Shown: piece after piece, positions 1 through 12,131 of the stretch | Position numbering within the stretch: position 1 is the stretch's first letter | How the letters are laid out: every line of letters starts with the position of its first letter | NCBI GenBank assembly: GCA_964247055.1 | Contig: OZ176055.1 | Location: 4,402,001 to 4,466,000 of the forward strand | Reading direction: 5' to 3' | DNA: 64,000 nt | Source of the DNA: Paragordius varius | Taxonomy: Eukaryota; Animalia; Nematomorpha | Notes under the pieces: generated by a model | What the model saw: only the letters and a program-made list of their open reading frames with translations | Told to the model about the DNA's origin: nothing | Databases searched by the model: none | Made by a program: the position numbers and the translations under genes

Positions 1-799
1 AAAAATTAATTATTAAAGTGGGAAATAATTTTGTTTCCTTGTGATTTAATGCATCAGAGTATAGCAATATGAAATTAATTTTCAGAAAATCTTTTTGTAT
101 TTCAGAAAATGCATGTGGCGAAAGGACATTGGATACAATGGCTTCAACCTTTGTACGGGCACATGTAAATTTTTTATTGATTAAGGTACGAATAATCTGT
201 GAAGGACATCTAAAATGATTGTAATTAACGGCGAAACGTAGTGACAAATCCTTTTCTTCCTCTCCAAAAGCGGTTTTTGATAAAAATCGCTCATTTTGTA
301 AGATGATGCCGCCATATCTAAACATTTTAATGTTTTTGTGTTTCCATATGCTTGCTTGCCGCCATGTGCTAAGGTGAAATCCCCCTCGCATAAAGAGCAT
401 TTAACAAATGATTTATTCTTCGTTTTTTTGATAAAAGGAAATTCTTATATTAATTCATCGGTAAATTTACAACCTCTTTTTGTACTCATATTTTTAAATT
501 AATATTAGTAATAAAAAAATATTATATTACCTTAATTTTCTGGAGTAAACGTATAAGCTATTGATATGTGGTATCAATTTGTCTTTTTGATAAAGTTGGC
601 AGTAGGATGAAGCAAAGTGTATAATCATATTATATAAATTCGGAAAAAAATAAATATTTTTAATTTAAAAGTAAAAAATTTTAATTTAAAATTAATATAG
701 ATTTTCAAGATAACTAATGATAAAAAAACGGATAAAAAAAATAAATTTTTTATAATAAATTTAAATGTATTTAAAAAATTTTATTTTTTATAATCGTGA

Positions 800-888
800 A
801 AAAGCGGGACATTTTAAAAACGTACCGGGACGCGGGACAAAGTGTGAAAAGTGGGACTGTCCCGTCAGCGGAAGGTCTGGTCACCCTA
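800..888 (-). mobile_element. One end of a hAT-Blackjack-like element
   Basis: The reverse strand reads TAGGGTGACCAGAC followed by repeated GTCCCG/CGGGAC subterminal motifs. The other end was not found. Confidence 0.5.
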
Positions 889-897
889 CTAATGGAT

Positions 898-2210
898 GAA
901 AATAGCTCAAACTTTGTGATGGCAATGAATGTCTAAAAAAGATAACACAAGAAAGTTTTTTTGATAAAAACACTTATTTATTGCTTTTATGTCATTCAAA
1001 GAGCCATTTTAATTTTTTGTTTTTTTTTAAAAAATTACCATCACATCCATTATTTTCTTTGGAAGGCTTATAATTTTTAAACTTCAAAGACTAGAAATAT
1101 AGTTTAATGTATTGTTGAATTTTATAACCATTATCTAATAAATTTAGAGTTATAGCTATGCATTTTATTCACTAGGTAAAATAGCTATGATAATAATAAT
1201 TTTAATTAAAAAAGCTAACCAAAAGCTTTTTTTTAGATTATTTTTGTATTTTATACTTTAACCAATAATTATATTAAAATAATTTATATGATTTTCAAAT
1301 TAGTTTGTATGTGAAAATTTTTGACTTGTTTAACACATGGATGCAATACATTCATTTCAATCCTTTGATTCAAATAGGGGTAGTTGATACCCGAGGCCTG
1401 TTTAAAATTAAATACTTTAAAAAATATGGAAGGAATTGAAAGCCTAGCGAAATTTTGCACTTAACATTAATAAACCGAAATATATAAAAAATTTATATAA
1501 AAATACTTAATATTACTTATTTTAATATAAAACGCAAAGGCAAAAATTTAGTCCACGTAACATGTCATTGAAATTGAAAAATAACACAAAATACACCACA
1601 TTCTCTATTCCTATCAATGTTAGATGTTTAAATAAAAATTATCTGTAATTTTATCTTTAAAATTAAATCAACACGATATTATGCAAAAATTTTGTAAAAA
1701 AATGCGTCGAAGTAGTTTGACATGGAACTTTTTAAAACAAAATTTTATTTAGATATTTTAACTTATTTATATAGTCTTTTTAGGATGGAGACAAGAAAAC
1801 AAATTGGGATTGTTTCCTTTACTAGTTTTTTGAAAAATCAATTAAATTTAGTTTGGGGTATTTACCCAATTCGAAACGAAGTGTTAAGGGGTTGAAAATT
1901 TTGACCATATAAAGACAAATATAACTTTTAGATCAGATTGATTTAAATGACTAATACTATTCTAAAAATTCAGTTCTTCGTGCTCTCCCGAATGATATAA
2001 AATACATGGCTTTATATCTAAAACTTTAAATTTTTGAAAATTTCGAGTTTAATGTTAAATCGGAGGCAAAAATGATAAACTCTAAAAAAAATTGGATGTT
2101 AGACCAATTTTATTTTCAGATATATTTATGTACATTAATGAAATAAATTTTAAATTTACATGAATGGCCAGAAAAGTCAAAATTTATTGTCTAATATTAT
2201 GAATTACTAA
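898..2210 (+). repeat. Old dispersed repeat, copy 1 (interrupted by a TTAA MITE)
   Basis: Colinear similarity to 25581-26320 on both sides of the 1334-1883 insert. Confidence 0.8.
1334..1883 (+). mobile_element. TTAA-target (piggyBac-like) MITE, 550 bp
   Basis: TTAA|CAC...GTG|TTAA ends; target-site duplication shown by the empty paralogous site; subterminal GGGGTA...TACCCC inverted repeats. Confidence 0.85.
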
Positions 2211-3138
2211 TGGTTCTAAATATATCTCTTGTGAAGGTTGTAATTGTTACAGCCTCATATGTTATGCATCTGCCTAAAATTGAACATCTTTGTTTAGTTT
2301 GTTAAAATGGCGAAACTTTTTATCTCTCAAATCTTTATGCACGATCCGCCAACATATGTTCTATATTTTTTGCAAATGATGATGTATAAATTCTAAACAT
2401 GTTACCGGGCGGGGAACACAAGGCCTTAGCGATATCTCCCATGATCGGTGAATTGATAAGATAAATGAAATAATACGATTTTCAATTAGGTTACATATCC
2501 CGAAAAATTACCCAATATTATAAGGTGCTGATGAGCATTTTACAACGGGTGGGCCTCTATCCACCCTACGTCCGAAACTGGGGGATGCAAAAAATATTCT
2601 GCTAAAATATATATAATGGAAAAATTTATTAGGATTATCATGGTCCTTAGTTTTGTGCCTTACGACTGATATATAGTTATTATCACTTTTGTAGTTGCTC
2701 CATGTTAGAAAATGGCAAAGTATGCCCTTATTTTTGTAATATTTTTTTTGGTGAAAACTCTGCTTCATTCCAAAATAAATATATAATAAGCTACATATAA
2801 AAAGCTAAATAATTTTTTAGAAATTTTAGTTTGTATATGTGGGTTCTACAAGTTTTTCGCCTTCTAAAATGGGATAGTTTTTTATATAAACGTAAAAATG
2901 CTGAGATGCGCGATAAAAAAGTTAAATATAAGATGAATTTTGGCATCAACTAAAAATATTTTCAGCATACTATTTTCACAACTTTAATTTTAGCAAAATT
3001 TGGTACAAGCGTATTATACTCATCGTGGAAACAGTATTAATAACGCTTAATTCTAATAACACTTTTTCTATAAAATTCAATAATGCTGAACATTTGTATC
3101 GCCTAGGTTGAACTGATAGAAATGTTCAGTGTCATCGA

Positions 3139-4244
3139 AACTTGCATACAACACATTCATTTTAATCTATCTATTCAAATTAGGTCGTAGACTTGAGTAT
3201 TTCAAAAATACGGAATAAATTGAAACCATGGCAAAATTTTGCACTTAATAACTATAAGGAACCGAAATATAAAAAGAATTTTAAAATATAATAATAACTA
3301 TTTAGAGCTAAACCCAAAGCTAAAAATTTAGCCAAAATGACATGTACATAAGCTAAATATAAAAGCAAAATATATCACTTTTTTATATTAATATTATGAT
3401 TTTTATTAAAAAATTTACATGTTAGCCTTAGATGTTAGCCGTAGAATTAACACTTCGATTCAGGGGTATCTAAATACCCCAGACAATATATAATACATTT
3501 TTTAAAAACTATTAAAGGAAACGGTCCCAATTTAAATTTATTCTTCTATTATCCTAAAAATTATATAAAAACGCCAAAATATCTTAATAAATTATAGTTT
3601 TAAAAAAAACGTTCCATATCAAACTATTTCGCCGCCATTTTTATTTTACAACATTTTTCAAAATATCGTTTTTATAATTTAAATTCTAAAATTAAAGCTA
3701 ATTTTTATTCAAATCATATCTAAAATTGATAGAAACATAAAAAATGGTTTATTTTGTGTTATTTTTTATTTTGCTAATGGACACATGTCAGGTTGACTAA
3801 ATTTTTACCTTTAGATTTTACCTTAAAATAAGGGATATCAAATATTTTTAAATGAATTTTTTATATGGTTCATTAATGTTATGTAATTGCACACTTTTGC
3901 CATGGTTACAATTTTCATATTTTTTGAACTATTTAGGTTTCAACAAGCCTGTGGTATCCAACCACCCCTAATTGAATCGAAGGGCCAAAAAGAATATATT
4001 GCATCCAAGTGTTAAATAAACATGATATTTACAAAAATGTTGTAAAATATATTTGGCGTCGAAGTAGTTTGATACGGATTTTTTTAAAAAACTAAAATTT
4101 ATTTAAAAATTTTGGCTTATTTATATTGATTTTATTCGGATAGAAGCATAAATTTAAATTGGAACCGTTTATAAGTAATTTCTTGAATTATCAACAACTT
4201 AAATATTGTTTGGGGTATTTAGATAGCACAATTTTAATTAAGTG
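3139..4244 (+). mobile_element. TTAA MITE containing a nested inverted copy of the same family at 3451-4011
   Basis: The inner copy is bounded by TTAA at 3447-3450 and 4012-4015. The host sequence resumes at 4016 (ataaacatgatattt) and ends GTG|TTAA at 4244. Confidence 0.75.
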
Positions 4245-4899
4245 TTAATATTAAAGCATTTAATATACTGTTTCCATCGTGCCTCAAAATATTATGAAGT
4301 ACACTTTGACAAAATTTTGCAAAAAAATCAAATTTTACTTTGCATTTTTTTAAAAATATTTTTAGTTTATATCCAAATTTAGCATATATTTAAAAAAATT
4401 ATTGCCCAATCCTTGTATTTTTGCGTTTATTTTAACACTTCATTACATTTTGGGGTAATTTTATGTCCCAGAGCTATTTAATATTTGGATATTAAAAGTA
4501 TGTAAGGTATTAAGTCAAATTTAAAAGTATGCTTTCTTTAGCCTTTTAGGCGCATTACACAAAAAATATACAAAAAATTTAAAATAGTTAAAAATCCTTA
4601 TCTCAAACTTTTGCCGCCATTTTCTTCTATAAGTTTTTTGAATGGCTAATGCAACAGGCAAATAAATGATTATTGTTATAAAGCGTGGGGTGATAAAAAA
4701 AGTCGCTATTGTAATTCAAGCGTGGCACGTTGAGCAAGTTTACTTAAGCCAGCAAATGTACACCTGAAGATCGATGATAAAAAACACTTAAGTCAAGTCT
4801 TTTCTTATGTGAGTTTTACAGATATTATTTTGATCATATTCAGCCAAAATTTATGAAATTAGGCACAAAACATAAAAAATCATAGCAAAATGCATCAGC

Positions 4900-6385
4900 A
4901 CTTTGATTAAAATTCGGTATCTAAATATCCCAGACTATATTTGAGTTGATATTTTTAAAAAATACTGAAATTATCCCAATTTAAATTTATGCTTATATAA
5001 GTAAAAAATATGTAAATAAGCCATATCTAAATTTAGTGTAGAAAAAAAGTTCCATGTCAAACTACTTCGACGCCATTTTTATTTCAAAAATTTTTGCAAA
5101 ATATCGTGTTTATTTAACACTTGGATACAACACACTCATTTTAGTCCTTCGATTCAAATTGGGGTAGTTAAATACCCCAGGCCTGTTTAAGATCAAATTC
5201 TTTAAAAAGTATGAAAGGAATCATAACCATGGCAAAATTTTGCACTTTTATAACATTAATAAACCGAAATATATAAAAAACATTATTCAAAGATACTTGA
5301 TATTACTTATTTTAAGCTAACACCGAAAGGTTAAAATTTCGTCAACGTGACATGTGTCAAATTATAAAATTAAAAAATAATACAAAAAACATCGCTTTTT
5401 CTATTTCTATCAATGTTAAATGTAATTTATATAAAAAATTAGCTTTGGTTTACCCTTAAAATTAAATGAAGACGATATTTTGCAAAAATTTTGTAAAATA
5501 AAAATGGCGTCGAAGTAGTGTGAGATGGAATTTTTTTTTTCAAAACAAAATTTTATCAAGCTATTTTGGCATATTTATATAATTCTTATCAAGATAGAAG
5601 CATAAATTTAAATTGGGACCGTTTTCTTCATTTAAAAATATTAATATTAATTTAGTCTGGGGTATCTAGGTACCCCAGACTTAATTTAAGTTAATATCTT
5701 TAAAAAATACTAAGGAAACAGTCCCAATTTAAATATATGCTTGTATACTAATAAAAATAATATAAATTAGCCAAAATATTTAAATAAAAAATTTGATAAA
5801 AAAGTTCCATGTCACACTACTTTCGCCATATACAAAATTTTTGAAAATATCGTCTTCATTTAAATTTAATTGTAAAATTAAAGCTTTTTTTATTTAAATT
5901 CGATAGAAACAGAAAAGATGGTTTATTTATTTTATTATTTACTTTTACCGTTGCACACATGTCACGTTGACTAAATTTTTACCTAAGGGTTTTAACTCAA
6001 AATAAGTGCTATCAAGTATATTTGAATAAATTTTTTTTATATATTTCGGTTTATTAATGTTATATAAGTGCAGAATTTGGCCATGGTTTTGATTCCTTCC
6101 ATATTTTTGAAAGAATTTAATTTTAAACATGTGGGGTATCTAATACCCCAATTTGAATAAAAGGACTAAAATGAATGTGTTGTATCCAAGTGTTAAATAT
6201 ATTTTAAGATATCCAAATTAGATATTGCTCATGGTTATACAACTAACCCAAATGGTAGATTTTTTCTTAATTTTGGTGCATCAATGTTATATAAGTGCAA
6301 TTTTTAAAAGATTAAATTTGTTAGATTTTTAGAAAATATGATTTTAAACAGGCCTAAGGTCCTCAAACACCCCAATTTTAATTTA
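4900..6385 (-). mobile_element. Inverted TTAA MITE interrupted by a tail-to-tail MITE dimer (5118-6192)
   Basis: The insert has CACTTGGATACAACAC at both ends in inverted orientation, TTAA on both flanks and a central junction GTCTGGGGTATCTAGGTACCCCAGAC. Confidence 0.7.
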
Positions 6386-6486
6386 CTTGACAAATTAGTA
6401 GGAAGGCGGTAAGGGTCGTCCTCTAAATCGGTTGGATCCATGCCTGTCACACCCTTTTCTGGATACCTGGATAATCATTTTTAAAA

Positions 6487-9344
6487 ATGAATGAACACAA
6501 TGAAAAAGGCATTGAAGAAAATATCACTGAAATTCAAAGCTTGTGTCCATCGTGCGAAAAACAGGGAACTTCGAAATTACTACCGACCAATATTCCCTTT
6601 TATAAAGATATTGTAATTGCCAGTTTTGAATGTCCTCATTGTCATTTGCGAAATAATGAAGTAATGTTAACTGAAGATATAAAACCTTATGGGATTAGGT
6701 ATAAGTTGGAAATCATTCAAACTGAAGTAACTTATATCAATATATTATAGGATTACGATAGAATGGTGGTGAAAACGGATTATGCAACTATATATATACC
6801 GCAACTTGAACTTGAAATTCCACCCACAAAAAAATCCGGTTAACACAAATATATTTTTATTATATTTTTTAAAATAGCTTAATTTTAAGTTTGTCCGTAT
6901 AATATTCTTTTAATTATTTACTCTAGATGTGAATACGATAGAAGGTATTATTCAAAAGGTTTATGACGATTTGATGCAGGATTACGGTGAAACATTTAAA
7001 CAAATAGCGCCTGAGAAACCTGAGGTGGATGAACAATCAAAACAAATAATTAGTTTGAAAAATTTTACTGATACTTTGTGTAAACTTTTAACGGAAAAGC
7101 CGACATCCAACATAACGCTTCTGTTAGATGACCCTTCCGGTAACAGTTTTGTCGAAAACCCAAATGCCCCAAACTCAGATGCTAATTTATCCATTATTCA
7201 TTATGACCGAACCAATGAACAAAATATCGCGTTGGGTTTTTCGAATGTAATATAAATATAATTTTTTACATGTTGAGAATCCCGAATTCACAATGATAAA
7301 AAATGGTTAACATACATCGAAATTTGATAAACTTTCGTTAATACTTATTTTTTAAAAAGAATAGATGCGATTACTTAATATACATAGCTATGCATTTTTC
7401 CACTTGATAATAATATTTGAAATTTATAATTTTAATGTCAATTATTTTTCTCCATAAATACCATTAATATTGCCTTTTTAATTTTGAAAAATTCACATCA
7501 GTAAAGATTTCTTTAAAAAAATAAGTATTCTAATATAATTAAAATTTTAGATTGAAGATCAAACATCAGCTGATGCTAATAAACCAATTACAACAAAAGT
7601 TCCTGATTTTCAAAGTGAACAAGAATTTAATGCCACCAGTGAGGTTTTTATATAATTTTAATTTTATTAATTCTTATTTGATACTGATTCTTTTTTATAG
7701 GTTTTACAATTTCCAGGTCATTGTAGTGCTTGTCAATTCCCCTGCGTTACAAATATGAAAATTGTCGGTAAATATTAATAAAATTTAATTTGGAGTTTGC
7801 TTTAGGGATTGAGAGTGAAAGCGTTTTTAACCATTAGTATTAGTTTGGAATGGTGTTACAATAAACGGTTACAAATATAATTCAAATTTTTATTTTTCCA
7901 ATTTCAATACATTGTTTATTTTAATGTCATCACCATCATTTAATGAAATTTTCTTCTGATTAAATTAAGAAATTTTAAAGTCAGAATAAACACATCAATT
8001 GAGGTTTCATGTTTTGGAACCATTTTTTTATGAAACCATAAATATGTGAAACCCAAACAAAAAATGGATTTTGTTTCGATACCTGTTTTTATAAAATTTT
8101 ATCTAACACTAATATAGATATTCCCCATTTTCACGAGCTTATTATCATGTCGAGCTTGTGTGATAAATGTGGTAATCGATCCACTGAAATCAAACCTGGT
8201 GGTGGCATCAATGATATGGGTTGTCGTATCGAATTAAAGCTATGTAATTCACAAGACCTTAAACGAGAACTTATTAAAGTTTATTTATAACATACATATC
8301 TCACTTTTTCAACTATTATGATCTAATATTTTTAAAATTTAAATAATTTAATATTTTATAAAATTGAAGATTTTACATATATAATTTCGGATTTAATTTA
8401 CCATATGATCCATACATAAGCAAATTTATATCGACTTATTAATGTATTTTCCTAAGACAACTATTTTTTTAATTAAATGTGTAAAAGGTTATAAAGTAAA
8501 GACATAATAGGTGTAGATTGGATTCAAAATTGGTGTTTTAGAGTTTCTTTTCAGCAGGATTAAATCCTCACTTGTAGGGAAAATTATTCAAATACACGAC
8601 TGACGCACGTATTATCTTATTAGTTTTGTATTTTTTGTTTAACCATGGGTTTTAAATATGGGCATGCATAATTGCTACTTTTAGCGATAAATTATTAATT
8701 TTTATATCTATCTAGTCTGATTATTGTGAAATATATATACCTGAATTCGATATACATTTATCACCAACTACACTGGGTGCCAAATATACAACTGTTGAAG
8801 GCTTCCTTAGAGATATGATAGAACAAGTAGAACTTTAATTATGATTTTTTTATGAAAATACCCCTTGATGAAGTCCATCAATTATTGTGATAAAATTCTA
8901 AATATTTTTTGTCGTTAAATTTAGCTCAAGGAAGCCAATCCATTTGTACAAGGGGATTCAAGTCTTAGTCCACAATCCGCCAAATTTACTCATCTCATTG
9001 ATACACTTCAACAATCTATCGATAAATTGCTTGATACAAAAAATGACAATTTATCCCAAGATAAATCACCGACAAACTCATGCACATTTACCCTTGTTTT
9101 GGATGATCCCACTGGAAATAGTTTTATAACACATACAACTCACACTAAAACTAATGATCCTCATCTCATTGGACAATATTTGGATACGAAATCAAACACG
9201 CAACAAACATCGGAACAGTCGCAGCCAGCAGAAAAATTAATTAGCGATCCTTTGAGCTCCGATGAAAATATTAAAATTACTTATTATCAAAGAACTTGGC
9301 AGCAAAATGAGGATTTGGGTATAAATGACATGAAAACGGATTAA
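6487..9344 (+). CDS. ZPR1: Zinc finger protein ZPR1, 8 exons
   Basis: Exons 6487-6726, 6751-6838, 6927-7246, 7551-7643, 7701-7767, 8118-8278, 8716-8826 and 8925-9344, all GT-AG and phase-compatible. Two C4 zinc fingers (CPSC...IPFYKDIVIASFECPHC; CSAC...IPHFHELIIMSSLCDKC), two LLDDPSGNSF/LDDPTGNSF motifs and the C-terminal YQRTWQQNEDLGINDMKTD match the ZPR1 family. Confidence 0.95.
6727..6750 (+). other. 24-nt GT-AG micro-intron (ZPR1 intron 1)
   Basis: GTAACTTATATCAATATATTATAG ends in an in-frame TAG. Removing it joins YKLEIIQTE to DYDRMVVKTD and restores the ZPR1 alignment without a gap. Confidence 0.9.
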
Positions 9345-9844
9345 TGAATATATATTAAATATCGTGCTAAAATTTAATAAATAAGGATAAATTTATTATT
9401 TGGTCTCGCGTTAAATCGAGGTTTTTTAAATTTTCCATGCCATTGGATATATTTTTATATAGTTAAATCATTATTTTTGAATCATAAAACTAATCTAGGT
9501 ATTTTAAGATCACACTTAACTGTTAAGAAATTTAGTCAATTAACACTTCATTAGCTTACTATTTCCCCTAGTTTACATATTGGGGTAGCTTTATATCCCA
9601 GAGCCTAATTTTGTAAATAAACACAGTTTTAAGAGATATTTTTGTTAAAATTTAATTATTAAACATTGTTCTCATGTATTAGGTAAAAAAGCTTATATTT
9701 TTTTACAGCTTTGTTACTTCTGCAGTCTAAAATTAGTATAGCTCCAAAGCACGATATGAACAGTTGATAATAAATATATAAACTTTTTGCTGGTAAAATG
9801 ATTGTCAGCTTTTCAAAGTTATTTATTACATTTTCCATAATATA

Positions 9845-10677
9845 TACCATTTGCACTTCAAGTTGGTCCCTGAACATTTCAAGTTGTCCTTACACTTCAA
9901 GTTGGTCCTTGAATTTCAAGTTGGTGTTTAAAATTTTTAAATTTTACCATAAATTTTAAATATATTTTTTATTTTATTTTTAACCTAATTTTCCTTATTT
10001 ATTATAAATTTATTCATTTAAAATAAAGGTTTTAGTATTCTTTCATATTCATATTATTTATACTTCATGGTTTATTGAGGCAATTTTATGCGTAACTGTC
10101 CTTGTGTACAACTAAGGATTTTACAGATTATTAGAAAACTGGCCTTTGCCGTTAGCGCATTTTCATGCCCCGGGGATGTGGCAATATATGGCGGGAATTA
10201 CTTAGTGGCCACAAAACTCCGAATCTGGAGTCCTGACCCTTACCTACCTTATAAATTAAAATTTTCATTCAAAAACCACTTTTTTTGTTTCAAACTAAAT
10301 TTTTCGGATTTGACAAAATTATTAATTTATGAATGTTTTAATGAAAATTTGTAATTAATAACCCAGAAATATTATATATTTTATAATTACATGTTAAAAT
10401 CATATTAATATGTAAAATATTTTTAAAGAAATTAATTAAGATACACTGTTTCTGAATGATTAAAGGTTGATACTGATTTAAAGTCTTTGTTAAATGAGGA
10501 AAATTTAAAAATGATAAAATAGATGAATAATACACGATTTGATTGATAAAAGTTAAAAACAAAAAAAAAGTTAATGGACCAACTTAAAGTATTCAAGGAC
10601 CAATTGAAATGTTCAAGGACCAACTTGAAGTGTTGAGGGATAAAATTGAAATGTTCAAAAACCAACTTGAAGTGCAA
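9845..10677. mobile_element. Foldback-type MITE whose terminal inverted arms carry 21-bp tandem repeats (TTCAAGTTGGTCCTTGAACAC-like), copy 1
   Basis: Arms TTGCACTTCAAG...CTTGAAGTGCAA, each with 3-5 degenerate 21-bp units. Confidence 0.7.
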
Positions 10678-10774
10678 GTATCATTTATTTGCCCGTTGCA
10701 TTAGCGATTTTGTAGGTAAAAAAGTTTTAAATGATGATTTTTTTGTAATTTATGAAAAAAATTGTATGTGTGTG

Positions 10775-12130
10775 TTATAAGCTAGTCATTAGTGACTCTT
10801 GGCTTTCTCATAATGTTCTCCATTTTTGACGATCCTGTGATTTCAACAATTGAGGAAATTTTCGGTTTGTTATTGATTTAAGCATGTCGATCCACCGCTT
10901 TTTGGGTCGGCCCCTTCTGCGGGTGCCATCTACCAAACCAAAAAGTATGCTTTTTTTCTAGCGAGTCGGATCGCAGGATATGACCCAGATTTAGCTGTTT
11001 GAAGATTATTAAATCGTGAAGTAAAAATTCGGGTTTGATGAGGTTGAGGATATAAGAATGGGAGATGTGGGCTTTCTAGGAGATTCTCAATATTTTCCGA
11101 AAGCACCACATTTGAAAAGAGTTTATGCGGGCTTTGTCAATGGATTTGCATATCCATGATTCGGACCCATAAATTGCCACTGGGTATATCATCGCTTTCA
11201 GGATGACAAGTTTGGTTGGAAATCTTATGACCACAAATTTTGGACAGTTTACCCATATTAGCACGACTTAATGCTAGCCGTGCTCGGATGTCGGGATCCG
11301 AGCTACCGTCGGATGTAATTATGGAGCCCAAATATTTACAGTGATCAGTTAGTTCGATGGTGGAGTTATTGATTGTAAATGGTAGTTGTGGAGCGTTTGG
11401 GATTATTATTTTAGATTTATCTGGGTTCAGCTTAAGACCCATCAAACTTGCTTCGATGGTAAGATTATTTAAAAGATAGGTCATGTCCGTGTGGGATTTT
11501 GACAAGAGGATGGTGTCGTCGGCGTACCGGAGATTGCAAATAGTAAGACCACCGATCCGTGCCCCCAATATGTTGGGGAAAGTTACAGTTGCGTATTAAT
11601 GTTTCTGTGTATAAGTTAGATAGGAGGGGAGAAAGGACACATCCTTGTCTCACACCTCTGAGGATAGGAAACCAGTCGGTGGGACCGAATTGGGTTTTAA
11701 TCGCAGCTGTTTCTAGAATACAGCGATTAAAGCAAGAGTATTATGTGCGGGGAAACTCCGGAGGATCGTAATATGTTCCATAGGCACTCGTGGTTGACTG
11801 TATCAAAAGCCATACTGAAGTCTGAAATGCAGCAGTATAGACTTTTCCCAAATTCATTGTATCTTCGAATTATTGTATTAAGATTAACTGTGATTAGCAG
11901 TGTTTCTCTTTACTCTAAAGTCAGCCTGCACCTCAGATATTTCAAAGTCCAGTGAGGATGAGATTTTTTTGATTATAAATCTTGAGAAGAGGTTTGGATA
12001 GTTTATTAGTGATAGCAATCATTCTATAGTTCTGACAGAGATGGGGGTTTCCCTTTTTAAAAAAAGGGTAGAAAAGATTTAATCCAATCATCCGGCCAAA
12101 TACATGTTTGAAAAACTTTTTGTAAAAGAT
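10775..12130 (-). mobile_element. 5'-truncated RTE-clade non-LTR retrotransposon (RT pseudogene), family 1
   Basis: Frameshifted RT motifs WPDDW, NYRMIA, DFSMAFDTVNH, GVRQGCVLSPLL, NLRYADD, KYLGS, IYGSESW and RRxGRPKKRWID. Confidence 0.9.
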
Positions 12131-12131
12131 C

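Noticed and set aside
6748-6750. Stop-codon reassignment or readthrough (TAG in the middle of ZPR1)
   Set aside because: A GT-AG excision restores the alignment exactly, the neighbouring micro-introns are frameshifting, and no stop codons occur inside any reconstructed exon.
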